NCBI GenBank assembly: GCA_964435015.1
Contig: CAYSXP010000006.1
Location: 8,079 to 72,078 of the forward strand
Origin: an uncultured Rikenellaceae bacterium
GTDB taxonomy: Bacteria; Bacteroidota; Bacteroidia; Bacteroidales; VadinHA17
Direction of reading: 5' to 3'
DNA: 64,000 bases
The position numbers and the translations under genes are program-made. The notes below the pieces were generated by a model. It did no database searches. It was given only the letters and a program-made list of their open reading frames with translations, and was not told where the DNA came from. Of the stretch, positions 1-9,751 are shown one piece after another. Numbering within the stretch: the stretch's first letter is position 1; each line of letters opens with the position of its first letter.

Positions 1-2
1 TG

Positions 3-929
3 GGGAACGTTTTCTCCATCTCCGACGTGGTCAGGGAGATGAGCAAGGCACTCTATGATCCCGGCGAAAGCGGGTATGATAAAATACCCGACTCATCCGA
101 AGCCATAGCCCAGATGTTTGAATTGTACAATATGAGCGGTGATCCCGACGACTGGAAACAGCTGATGAATTTTGAAAATACCAGGGCTCACCTGCTGGTC
201 AAACTTTCAAAACCTGATAATCATGTAATCAACGCCCTGAGGAATGATATCAGCAGCTTTACGGCCGGGTTCCCGGCCGAGGTGACCATCGGAGGATATG
301 CAATCATCATGGCCGACTTTGCAAACAAAATCATCCGCGGGCAGGTTTCTTCGCTGATCTTTGCCCTTGTGACCGTGTTTATTCTCCTCTCGGTAATATT
401 TCGTTCAGTCAGGGGCGGCCTGATTGGATCAATCCCTCTGGGAGTCTCGATCATCATCCAGTTTGGAGTGATGGGATATGCCAATATACCCATTGATGCA
501 GCAACTGCATTGCTTTCTTCAATTATGATCGGAGTGGGAGTCGATTTCACCATTCAGTACCTCTGGAGATATAACACCGAACTCCGCCGGGGCCTCAGCC
601 ATGCAAAAGCCATTTCCCTTTCCCTGACCACAACCGGAAGAAGCATTGTGATCAATGCCCTGAGCGTAATGGCAGGCTTTTCTGCAACATTCATATCCGG
701 ATTTCTTTCAATCAGGTATTTTGGTTACCTGGTGCTGATCTCAATAGGTTCATGCCTGCTGTGCGCGGTAATTGTGATCCCTGCCTTCATGCTGTGGTTC
801 AGGCCCGTATTTATTGAGGCTGATTTAAACAGAACTTCAAAAAACGATGACAAATATGACAAGAACATTTTTTCTCACGGCAGCGATGCTGACCGCATTC
901 CTGCTGCCCTTGAAAGCACAGCTGTCTGA
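3..929 (+). CDS. MMPL/RND-superfamily exporter, C-terminal portion (5' end lies outside the window)
   Basis: The frame is open from the window edge. The C-terminal transmembrane bundle has MMPL/SSD-like sequence (GGYAIIMADFANKII, SSIMIGVGVDFTIQYLWRY). A LolA-like partner gene follows. Confidence 0.8.
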   Translation, partial: GNVFSISDVVREMSKALYDPGESGYDKIPDSSEAIAQMFELYNMSGDPDDWKQLMNFENTRAHLLVKLSKPDNHVINALRNDISSFTAGFPAEVTIGGYAIIMADFANKIIRGQVSSLIFALVTVFILLSVIFRSVRGGLIGSIPLGVSIIIQFGVMGYANIPIDAATALLSSIMIGVGVDFTIQYLWRYNTELRRGLSHAKAISLSLTTTGRSIVINALSVMAGFSATFISGFLSIRYFGYLVLISIGSCLLCAVIVIPAFMLWFRPVFIEADLNRTSKNDDKYDKNIFSHGSDADRIPAALESTAV

Positions 930-1635
930 TCCTGTGCAACTGATGGATAAAAGCCGCGATCTTACAATGTCGGGAAACCTGCAGTCGACAGTGATATTGA
1001 CCATTACCGAAAAAAACGGTGCAATCCGAACCCGGAAGGTGAACATGGTTTCAAAAACATACGGAGAAACCGAAAAGAGGCTGATGAAATTCCTTGAGCC
1101 GGCCGATGTGCGGGGCACAGCCATGCTTATTGTGGACAACAAGGATACCCAGGATGATATGTGGATCTATCTCCCTGCCCTGAAAAAGACCAGGCGCATA
1201 GTAAGCAACGAAAAAGGCAAAAGTTTCATGAGCTCTGAATTTTCGAATGCCGATATGGCTTCGGGATCAAACGCGGACTTCAATATCAGGCATATGCCCG
1301 AATCAGGCAGCAACGGCCTGTGGATCATTGAAAGCAAACCGGTTAATGACAAGCTGGCCGATGAATACGGTTATTCACGGAAGGTGACCACTCTCGATAA
1401 AAATGATCTGAAAATCAAAAAGATCGATTTTTACAATTTCGACGGGACACTTTTCAAGACAATCGAAATAAATGCCACTGTACCAAGGCCGGGCAGCAGG
1501 GACGGATATATCATGACCGATATGTTTGCAAGAAATCATATTAATGGGAGAACGTCGAGGGTTCAGTTTGAACAGATAAACACCTCGGCCAGTATTCCCG
1601 ACAACACCTTCATGTCTGAAAATCTCTCACGGTAG
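847..1635 (+). CDS. LolA-like outer-membrane lipoprotein-sorting family protein (partner of the MMPL exporter)
   Basis: 262-aa ORF with a signal peptide (MTRTFFLTAAMLTAFLLPLKAQ; an alternative start at 856 is possible). It overlaps the exporter 3' end, and composition and length are typical of this family. Confidence 0.6.
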   Translation: MTNMTRTFFLTAAMLTAFLLPLKAQLSDPVQLMDKSRDLTMSGNLQSTVILTITEKNGAIRTRKVNMVSKTYGETEKRLMKFLEPADVRGTAMLIVDNKDTQDDMWIYLPALKKTRRIVSNEKGKSFMSSEFSNADMASGSNADFNIRHMPESGSNGLWIIESKPVNDKLADEYGYSRKVTTLDKNDLKIKKIDFYNFDGTLFKTIEINATVPRPGSRDGYIMTDMFARNHINGRTSRVQFEQINTSASIPDNTFMSENLSR

Positions 1636-1876
1636 CGATCCTGTTGTTTTTGCCCCTACTATGATTCATGCACTCCGGGGCAATCAGCATTTGCCTGATG
1701 CAGGATGCAACTGCGTGTGCAACCGGTAACCTTTGTCAGGGTTTTCATACTCAGCCAGGGGCCGGAGTGCCTGTGGCCTTCAACCGGTGAATTCATGCCC
1801 GGAATAATTTTGCAGAAGCCATAATTTGTTAACTTGCACCCATTCCTGATATATTAAGCAAATAACCGTAACATGA

Positions 1877-2245
1877 ATTATTTTTGACAACCCCGATCAT
1901 GTCGGCCATGTCGATGGGCATGATACTCCGGCCTATTACGAAAAGCTGAAAGAACTTGACGGCTATATTGGCAGGATTATCGCGGCTATGAAAGAAGCAG
2001 GCATTTATGAAAACAGTATTATTATCATTACATCAGATCATGGCGGGGTCGGAAAAGGACACGGAGGAAAAACTATGTTGGAAATGGAGACCCCCTTCAT
2101 TATTTCAGGAAAGAATATAAAGAAAGGAGGTCCGTTTGATGATAGCATGATGCAGTTTGACTGTGCCTCCACCATCGCAAGTATCTTCAACCTGGAGCAG
2201 CCACAGGTTTGGATCGGGCGGCCCATGTTGCAGGTTTTTAAATAA
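1877..2245 (+). pseudogene. 3' remnant of an alkaline-phosphatase-superfamily (nucleotide pyrophosphatase/phosphodiesterase-like) gene
   Basis: The frame opens right after a TGA at 1874-1876 and reads FDNPDHVGHVDGHDTPAYYEKLKELDGYIGRIIAAMKEAGIYENSIIIITSDHGG. This is the C-terminal metal-binding part of the fold. No N-terminal half is found in any frame of 1636-1876. Confidence 0.65.
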
Positions 2246-2380
2246 TGCTTTTTTAAAAGTCAACATGGGGTCTTTTGTGGCAGGGAAAAATCCATTTCCC
2301 CGGGTGCTTCTTGCCTGGTACGGGATGATAAAAAATAACACCTGCACAAAAACCCGATATGTTTTCCCGGCTTTTTTATG

Positions 2381-3349
2381 CTAAAAGGAATAAAATTCAT
2401 ATATGAATTTCCATGTGAACTCCTTTCCCGGCTCAACATTGATATCGACATAGGTCTCCGGACACGGGGTTGCACGGCAGGCCCAGAAAATAAGCTTTGA
2501 CAGCGGCCTGTCGCCAGTGATCCTTACTCCTGCCCCGGCTGTCCTGTTCTCAATCCTGACATCCAGATCTTCCGGATTGCTGCTGAAGCCGCTTAGAGAG
2601 CCGCAAAATACCGTTTCGTCTTTCTCAAGGATGCGGTTGAAGATGATCCTGTTTCCATTCAGTTCAGCAATGGTTCCGAAACCCTGCCCCTCTCCCGCAA
2701 GGGTGAAGGGGAAGCTTATTGTGAAATCCGGACCGACCGGCTGGTTGTCGATGACAAAAAAATGATGATTGTAAACATTTGTTATAATGCTATTCTTTCC
2801 TGTATTCCTGAGTTTGTGATCAATTTCCATAACTGGTTTGTCACTGATGAGCCTTATTGTTTTTGTGTAATCATATGAATAATCATCGCTTTTCAGTATG
2901 TGATTGAAAATTATTTCGTCACTTTTTGTTTTTATCTTCCATTTTCCCGGATCGGTTATCGGGTAATAGCCGAATCTGTTGTGCTTTTTGTCGTCAGGTT
3001 TTTTCAGCAAGCCGATCCCGATCATTACAAAATTTCCGCCGGGATCTGCACTGTCATATCCGAGGGGTGCGAATTCCTCGACCGGCCCCATTATGGCATC
3101 ATGAAGTGTCGGGCTGTATTTGTCGAACCATTTTCCGAAATAGGTGTGTCCGCAGCAGGAAAGACCGGATATTACTCCTGACCAGTCGAACCTGGTACCC
3201 CTGTAATAACCGTTCTCAGCATCTGGCAGCAGGAGAGTGGCACTGATGTATTCTGACCTGATTTCCGATCTTTCATTTTTCATTGTCTGGCAAGCTTGGT
3301 TAAACATAAGAAGTAAGAATGCGGATGGAAGAATGATGTTTTTTCTCAT
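2381..3349 (-). CDS. Secreted protein/lipoprotein of unknown function
   Basis: 322-aa ORF with an N-terminal signal and lipobox-like sequence (LLLMFNQAC). I recognise no family motif. Confidence 0.55.
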   Translation of the reverse strand: MRKNIILPSAFLLLMFNQACQTMKNERSEIRSEYISATLLLPDAENGYYRGTRFDWSGVISGLSCCGHTYFGKWFDKYSPTLHDAIMGPVEEFAPLGYDSADPGGNFVMIGIGLLKKPDDKKHNRFGYYPITDPGKWKIKTKSDEIIFNHILKSDDYSYDYTKTIRLISDKPVMEIDHKLRNTGKNSIITNVYNHHFFVIDNQPVGPDFTISFPFTLAGEGQGFGTIAELNGNRIIFNRILEKDETVFCGSLSGFSSNPEDLDVRIENRTAGAGVRITGDRPLSKLIFWACRATPCPETYVDINVEPGKEFTWKFIYEFYSF

Positions 3350-3496
3350 TTTGGAGCTCCGTTTAATGTTCCCATAATCTTTTTAAAGATAATTCTTAAA
3401 TGTTCTCAGGCATACGAAATTTGTTGTTTTTATAAACAGTCTCTGTACTGAAGCTGTAAAGTTTTCTAAATTTGCTGTTTTTACTTTATAACTTAA

Positions 3497-4900
3497 ATGC
3501 CAGGAAGGGAAGAAACAATCTGCGCTCCGGCAACAGCTTATGGAGGCGCAGTTTCAATGATCAGGATAAGCGGCAGGGATGCACTCAAAATAGTGGACAG
3601 GGTCTTTTACACCGCGGATAAGAACTCCATGATATCCGGCCGTAAAGGATACACCATCCTGCATGGGGAGATCCGCGACAGCGGGGAAGTGGTGGATGAG
3701 GTCCTGGTCTCGGTTTTCAGGGCACCGTATTCGTATACCGGAGAGGATACGGCTGAGATATCATGTCACGGATCGTCATATATCATATCACGAATTTTGG
3801 GCCTGCTCATAAAAAACGGTGCTTCAGGTGCCCGGCCGGGAGAATTTACGCAAAGGGCCTTCCTTAACGGGAAGATGGATCTCTCGCAGGCTGAAGCTGT
3901 TGCTGACCTTGTCGCTTCCGCTTCGAAGTCGGCTCACCGGATTGCAATTAACCAGTTAAGGGGTGGTTTCTCTGTTGAAATAAACAAGCTGAGATCGGAG
4001 TTTTTGCAATTTGCTTCCCTGATAGAACTTGAGCTTGATTTCGGAGAGGAGGATGTTGAGTTTGCCGACAGGAATCAGTTATTAACGCTGATAAGTCAGA
4101 CCAGGGAACTCACTGACAGGCTTTCTGACTCCTTCAGAACGGGAAATGCAATTAAGAATGGAATCCCTGTGGCAATTGTCGGAAAGCCAAACTCCGGAAA
4201 ATCAACATTGCTGAACTTCCTGCTCAATGAAGAGAGGGCCATTGTTACCGACATACCCGGGACAACCAGGGATTCAATCGAAGACACCGTAAATATAAAT
4301 GGAGTGATTTACAGGTTTATCGACACTGCGGGCTTACGCGATACTTCAGATGTTGTGGAAGGTATGGGAATAAGAAAAACACATGCTGTTATTGCAGGGG
4401 CCTCAGTTGTAATGATGGTCGATGAATCGCTGGAAAAAGGTTCGGATATCAATAAAAGGGCCGATGAAATCCGAAAAATGATCACCGATCCCGATTGCAG
4501 ATTCATCATACTTGTAAATAAGGTTGATGAGGCTCCGGCTTCACTGATTAATAAGCTTGCCGGCGAAATCAGGATTGAAGCAAATGAAAACCTGCTGTTT
4601 GTTTCAGCAAAATTCGGCACCGGAACAGATGAACTTAAGGATTATCTGTCGGAAATAACCGGTACCGGGCATCTTTCCGGCGAGGATGTGATTGTTTCAA
4701 GTTTACGGCATTATGAAGCTCTTCAGAATGTATCCGGGTGCATAGGAAGGATAATATCCGGGATTGAAAGCAAGCTTCCCGAGGATCTTATTGCCATTGA
4801 CATCCGGCATGCAATTCATTACCTGGGCGAGATTACGGGTGAGATAACCACCGACGAGATACTGGGAAACATATTTAAGAACTTTTGCATTGGAAAGTAA
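3497..4900 (+). CDS. mnmE: tRNA uridine-5-carboxymethylaminomethyl modification GTPase MnmE
   Basis: G-domain motifs GKPNSGKST, DTAG and NKVD are present, together with the hallmark C-terminal CIGK. At 467 aa the length is typical. Confidence 0.95.
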   Translation: MPGREETICAPATAYGGAVSMIRISGRDALKIVDRVFYTADKNSMISGRKGYTILHGEIRDSGEVVDEVLVSVFRAPYSYTGEDTAEISCHGSSYIISRILGLLIKNGASGARPGEFTQRAFLNGKMDLSQAEAVADLVASASKSAHRIAINQLRGGFSVEINKLRSEFLQFASLIELELDFGEEDVEFADRNQLLTLISQTRELTDRLSDSFRTGNAIKNGIPVAIVGKPNSGKSTLLNFLLNEERAIVTDIPGTTRDSIEDTVNINGVIYRFIDTAGLRDTSDVVEGMGIRKTHAVIAGASVVMMVDESLEKGSDINKRADEIRKMITDPDCRFIILVNKVDEAPASLINKLAGEIRIEANENLLFVSAKFGTGTDELKDYLSEITGTGHLSGEDVIVSSLRHYEALQNVSGCIGRIISGIESKLPEDLIAIDIRHAIHYLGEITGEITTDEILGNIFKNFCIGK

Positions 4901-4961
4901 TCATTTTGTCATTTAAGATACGGCAGATGATTATTAGAAAACTCCTGATAACCAATAAAAA

Positions 4962-6068
4962 ATGAAGATAAAATACATAGGATTCGAAATACTGGAGGAC
5001 TTCATGGTTAAAGTAATGGTCAGGGCCGGCATTCCTGAAGCAGATGCCGCCATAGTGGCCGATGTTCTGATCCAGGCCGACAAACTGGGCTTTGATTCAC
5101 ATGGCGTGAACAGGCTCAAGAGTGTATATCTCGACCGCATCAGGGACGGCATTCTGAATCCCGTTACAAAACCGGAAATCACCAGGGAGACCTTTACGAC
5201 AGCGGTTCTTGACGGGCATAACGGAATGGGCCATGTCATCGCAAGGATGGCTATGGAGATGGCCATAAAAAAAGCCGGAACATATGGAATGGGAATGGTA
5301 GCCGTAAGAAACTCGTCGCATTATGGTTTTGCCGGATATTATCCGCTTATGGCTGTCCGTGAGAATATGATAGGAATAACGGGCACCAATGCCCGGCCGT
5401 CTGTTGCTCCTACTTTCGGTGTCGAAAACATGCTGGGAACCAATCCGCTGACATTTGGGATACCTACAGATGAACCTTTTCCCTTTTTGCTCGATTGTGC
5501 CACATCAATCACCCAGCGCGGAAAAGTGGAATTATATGCAAGAAAAGGAAAGAAACTGCGTAAGGGACTGGTTATCAGTGATGATGGATTAAGCAAAACC
5601 GATTCGGAACAGATACTGACGGATCTGAATAACGGAACCGCAGCTCTTTTGCCGCTGGGAGGCATCGGAGAGGAAACGGGAGGATACAAGGGCTATGGTT
5701 ATGCAACTGTTGTGGAGATACTTTCATCAGCCCTGCAGCAGGGTGCGTTTTTAAAAATGATTTCAGGGTTCTCAGGCAATAAAAAGGTTCCGTATTCAAT
5801 CGGTCATTTTTTTATTGCCGTGGATATCAGTGCATTTACCGGGCCGGATGATTTCAGGAAAACAGCCGGTGACATACTGCGCCATCTGAGAAACTCAAGG
5901 AAGATGCCGGGCCGGGAGCGCATTTATACGGCCGGAGAAAAAGAATATGACACCTGGATGTTCCGGAAAGACAGGGGAGTGCCCTTCAGCCCTGACCTGC
6001 TCAGGGAGTTCAGTGATATTTGCGTGGATTACGGACTCAATGAATTTGCCGGTGAATTTAAAATCTGA
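4962..6068 (+). CDS. Ldh_2-family (malate/L-lactate/sulfolactate-type) NAD(P)H oxidoreductase
   Basis: Family-typical sequence is present: GFDSHGVNRL, RNSSHYGFAGYY and GTNPLTFGIP. Length 368 aa. Confidence 0.8.
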   Translation: MKIKYIGFEILEDFMVKVMVRAGIPEADAAIVADVLIQADKLGFDSHGVNRLKSVYLDRIRDGILNPVTKPEITRETFTTAVLDGHNGMGHVIARMAMEMAIKKAGTYGMGMVAVRNSSHYGFAGYYPLMAVRENMIGITGTNARPSVAPTFGVENMLGTNPLTFGIPTDEPFPFLLDCATSITQRGKVELYARKGKKLRKGLVISDDGLSKTDSEQILTDLNNGTAALLPLGGIGEETGGYKGYGYATVVEILSSALQQGAFLKMISGFSGNKKVPYSIGHFFIAVDISAFTGPDDFRKTAGDILRHLRNSRKMPGRERIYTAGEKEYDTWMFRKDRGVPFSPDLLREFSDICVDYGLNEFAGEFKI

Positions 6069-6157
6069 ACTTAATATTGCATATCTTGGTGCTGTCAGAT
6101 TTAAAGGCCGTGCAGGGGTCATTTCAGGAAGCGTACATATAATAACCAACAATAAAT

Positions 6158-6862
6158 ATGAATAAGGCAATTTTGTTTTTTTTCACTGTCTTTATGTTTA
6201 CCATCTCACTTTCGTCGCAGGAAAGTGAGATGATTGTCGTTAATGCCGGGACACTCATAAAAACCGTTTTTCCTCTATCTGAAAGATACCGTTACCCTGA
6301 GTTCATTGAAGGATTGGCAGTTATGAAAAACGGATCCGTAACAAAGGATCGTTTCAATTATAACCTTCTGCTGGGTAACATGGAATTTATCAGGGCCAGG
6401 GATACCCTGGCGATTGCAAATAAAAAAGATCTGAAGCTGATAACTCTGGGTCTTGATACATTTTATTACTACAATGGATATCTGGAGCTTATAAGAAGCG
6501 GTACTCCCAGGGTGTATTTAAAGCAAATGATTGCACTCAAAGAGGTACGGAAAACCGGCGCTTTTGGGACAACGGCCAGAAGTGTCGCGGTTGATTCACA
6601 TACCTATCTGGCAACGGCAGGAAACATTACTGAACTGCGCCCGGAGGAGGATTGGGTATTTCAGAAAACCTATGAGTATTATATCTCATCCGGTGATAAG
6701 CCCTTTGTTTTATTTAACCGGAAGAATGCGATCAGTGCGGTCCCGGGAAGCAAACAGGCAATCGCGGAATTTATTAAATCCGGGAAAATAAATTTCGGAT
6801 CACGCGATGACCTGCTGAAACTTGCCGGCTACCTTGGTTCACTGAAGAAAGCGAACCCCTGA
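6158..6862 (+). CDS. Secreted hypothetical protein
   Basis: 234-aa ORF with a signal peptide (MNKAILFFFTVFMFTISLSSQ). No recognisable family. Confidence 0.5.
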   Translation: MNKAILFFFTVFMFTISLSSQESEMIVVNAGTLIKTVFPLSERYRYPEFIEGLAVMKNGSVTKDRFNYNLLLGNMEFIRARDTLAIANKKDLKLITLGLDTFYYYNGYLELIRSGTPRVYLKQMIALKEVRKTGAFGTTARSVAVDSHTYLATAGNITELRPEEDWVFQKTYEYYISSGDKPFVLFNRKNAISAVPGSKQAIAEFIKSGKINFGSRDDLLKLAGYLGSLKKANP

Positions 6863-6971
6863 GGGGGCATCTGATTAATAATATCTTTTCGCCGGATCTT
6901 ATTTCTTTCTTTTCTCTTTTCCCCTGGCCACCCAACATTAGTTGTTGTGCCGCAGCTCACACAGATACCGC

Positions 6972-8243
6972 TTACGGGTGCGTATATCCCTTGCGATATT
7001 CCCTTCTCAACAGCCCTGATGCTTCGGCGTTCCCTTTAATTGACCCTGAACTGACATCCCACCTGACAAGTGAGCCTGCATAAAAGGATATCATGGCCAG
7101 CTGGACCGCAGCAGTTGAAAAGAAAGCATCTTCCGTGGTACAGGTGAGCAGTTCCCTGTTTCTCATCCTGACGGCTTCAATGAAATTGGATACATGTCGT
7201 TCCTGCATGCCGGGTGTTGCTGCGGGAATCTCCTCCCGCAGGTTGTTGTTGTCGAACAGGATGACTTTCGAGTCCTCAGCAAAAAGAGTTCCTTTGTCGC
7301 CGTAGAACATGATTCCGTTATTGAACTCCCTTGCAACATCGCCTGTACCCCACAACCTGTGCTGCCAGACAACAGGCGCCTTGCTGAATGCCATTCCCGC
7401 GACAAGCGTGTCAGGCGTGGTTATCCGGCCCTTTAATACATTAATTCCTCCCGAGGCATAGAATTCGGATGGCATTCCCTCTCCCATTATATACCTTATT
7501 ATGTCGATATGATGAATACCCCAGTCGACAAGATGACCGTTCCCGTACTCTTTCTCGAGTCTCCATGAAATGTGTCCTATGCTTGGCCTGTATTCAAGTT
7601 TCGGGGCAGGTCCGCACCAGGCGTCCCAGTCCAGTGAAGGCGGCGGAGGCTGAATAGTCGTATCGGCGGGCTCGGGTATATAGTTGATCTGGGCATTGAT
7701 CTGATGAACTTTTCCTATTTTCCCCGAAGCAATCAGCTCCCTTGTTTTCCTGAACGCCTCACTCTGCCGGCGCTGAAAGCCAATCTGCACAATATTCCCG
7801 GCTTTCCTTGCCGCAGCCACCATGGCAAGGCCTTCCTGCACATCGTAGGCCAGTGGTTTTTCGCAATAGATATCAAAGCCTTTTTCGCAGGCCGCGATAA
7901 ACTGTAATGCGTGCCAGTGGGGAGGGGTGCCGATAAATATTGCCTGCAGCCCTTTCAGTTCCAGAAGCTCTTCGTAGAACTTGAATGTACGGGGCCTGAA
8001 TCCCTGGATTTTTTCAATTTCACCTGCACTGCCTTCAAGGTGTGCGGAGTCTACATCACATACTCCCAAAACTTCCGCTTCCCCGGTTTTCAGTGCAGCT
8101 TTTGTTATTACCATTCCATACCAGCCCGCACCAATCAGGCCGATCTTCAACTTGCTTTCCCCGGCTCGGTGCGGGAGCCAGACTGATGACACTGCTGCTG
8201 CAGCGCCCATTGATGCTGTTTCAAGAAATCGTCTTCTTTTCAT
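6972..8243 (-). CDS. Gfo/Idh/MocA-family oxidoreductase with twin-arginine (TAT) signal
   Basis: N-terminal MKRRRFLETASMGAAAAVSS, a Rossmann motif GLIGAGWYG, and the EKP motif (CEKPLA) typical of the family. Confidence 0.85.
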   Translation of the reverse strand: MKRRRFLETASMGAAAAVSSVWLPHRAGESKLKIGLIGAGWYGMVITKAALKTGEAEVLGVCDVDSAHLEGSAGEIEKIQGFRPRTFKFYEELLELKGLQAIFIGTPPHWHALQFIAACEKGFDIYCEKPLAYDVQEGLAMVAAARKAGNIVQIGFQRRQSEAFRKTRELIASGKIGKVHQINAQINYIPEPADTTIQPPPPSLDWDAWCGPAPKLEYRPSIGHISWRLEKEYGNGHLVDWGIHHIDIIRYIMGEGMPSEFYASGGINVLKGRITTPDTLVAGMAFSKAPVVWQHRLWGTGDVAREFNNGIMFYGDKGTLFAEDSKVILFDNNNLREEIPAATPGMQERHVSNFIEAVRMRNRELLTCTTEDAFFSTAAVQLAMISFYAGSLVRWDVSSGSIKGNAEASGLLRREYRKGYTHP

Positions 8244-8366
8244 TTCAGGCGTTTTTTATCCGGTTGATAATATTTTCCAATTTATGATTTTTGATCTTAA
8301 TCCTCTGCCTTGTTGTTCCTTTTTTATCATGACTATAATATTAATTTTGTACCTGAGGAGTTATTC

Positions 8367-9716
8367 ATGAAATCCAACCTGTTATTCACAGATGCACTTA
8401 AGCTTCGCGGGCCCAATGCCTTTCATGTGATGCTGAAGCCGGCTGGTCCGTCCTGTAATCTGAATTGCACCTATTGCTATTATCTGGAGAAGAGAAAGCT
8501 ATACCCTGAAAGCAATAATTTCCGCATGAGCGAAGAACTCCTGGAGAGTTTTACCAGGCAATTCATAGAGGCGCATGATGTGCCTGTGGTTACCTTTACA
8601 TGGCAGGGCGGAGAGCCAACGCTTATGGGGCTGGATTTTTTCAGGCGCGCCATTGAGCTTCAGGAAAAATACCGTGGCGGAAAAAAAACAGAGAACGCTT
8701 TTCAGACAAACGGAACCCGGCTTGACGATGACTGGTGCAGCTTTTTTCACGATAACAATATACTTGTAGGGATATCAATTGATGGCGAGGAACATAATCA
8801 TGACCATTACCGGAAAACTTTTTCCGGCAGACCGACTTTTAAAAAGGTAATGAATGGAATTGAATTGCTGCACAGGTATAAGGTGGAATTCAACACACTC
8901 AGTGTGGTAAACAGTTATAATGTTCATTACGCACCGGAAACATACAGGTTCCTCAAACGGATCGGAAGCGGATTCATTCAGTTCCTCCCTGTGGCTGAAA
9001 GAATGAGTGCGGATGTGAGCGGAAACAGCCTGAATCTGGTTTCGCCCGTTTTTTCCGGTGATGCGGAGGTAAGCGAATGGTCGGTTGGTGCAGAAGACTT
9101 TGGCGATTTCCTGATTGCGATATTCGATGAATGGGTCAGAAATGATGTGGCACGGTATTATGTTCAGATATTTGATGCAACACTTGCCAATTACACCGGA
9201 GAGAATCCCGGGCTGTGCGTTTTCAACGACACATGCGGTGATGCGCTTGTAATGGAGCATAACGGCGACCTGTTCACATGCGATCATTTTGTTTACCCGG
9301 AATACTTCCTCGGGAATATATCAGATACCGGGCTGATTGATCTTGTCAGGTCACAGAAGCAATTTGATTTTGGCATCAGCAAACGGAACTCACTTCCACA
9401 ATATTGCCTTAAATGCGAAGTCAGGTATGCCTGCCATGGCGAATGCCCCAAGCACCGGTTTATCCTGACTCCTGACGGGAAGCCCGGATTGAATTACCTC
9501 TGCAGGGGATACAGGAAATTCTTCAGTCATGTTGAACCATATATGCAGTTCATGGCCGGTGAACTGAAAAGCAAACGCCCTCCGGCAAACGTGATGCAGT
9601 GGATACGGAACAGGGAAAACCAGGCGGTCAGGCCTGAGCTGCCGCGAAGGAACGATCCGTGCCCCTGCGGCTCTGGAAAGAAATTCAAGAATTGCTGCCT
9701 GTTGAAGCATCCCTGA
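8367..9716 (+). CDS. Anaerobic sulfatase-maturating enzyme (radical SAM/SPASM) with C-terminal SEC-C motif
   Basis: CNLNCTYCYY (CX3CX2C) is present, with SPASM cysteine clusters (CVFNDTCGD..CDHF; CLKCEVRYACHGECPKHR). The C-terminus reads DPCPCGSGKKFKNCC. The ATG at 8367 is preferred over the ORF-track start at 8310. Confidence 0.9.
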   Translation: MKSNLLFTDALKLRGPNAFHVMLKPAGPSCNLNCTYCYYLEKRKLYPESNNFRMSEELLESFTRQFIEAHDVPVVTFTWQGGEPTLMGLDFFRRAIELQEKYRGGKKTENAFQTNGTRLDDDWCSFFHDNNILVGISIDGEEHNHDHYRKTFSGRPTFKKVMNGIELLHRYKVEFNTLSVVNSYNVHYAPETYRFLKRIGSGFIQFLPVAERMSADVSGNSLNLVSPVFSGDAEVSEWSVGAEDFGDFLIAIFDEWVRNDVARYYVQIFDATLANYTGENPGLCVFNDTCGDALVMEHNGDLFTCDHFVYPEYFLGNISDTGLIDLVRSQKQFDFGISKRNSLPQYCLKCEVRYACHGECPKHRFILTPDGKPGLNYLCRGYRKFFSHVEPYMQFMAGELKSKRPPANVMQWIRNRENQAVRPELPRRNDPCPCGSGKKFKNCCLLKHP

Positions 9717-9751
9717 TGGCCGGCGCAAGGTTAACCAGCCCGTTTATATTC

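Noticed and set aside
847-929. 83-nt overlap between the MMPL exporter and the LolA-like gene, as a possible frameshift or fusion
   Set aside because: The two frames encode complete, distinct domains: the exporter C-terminal tail and a fresh signal peptide. A start at 856 still overlaps, which is consistent with ordinary overlapping operon genes.
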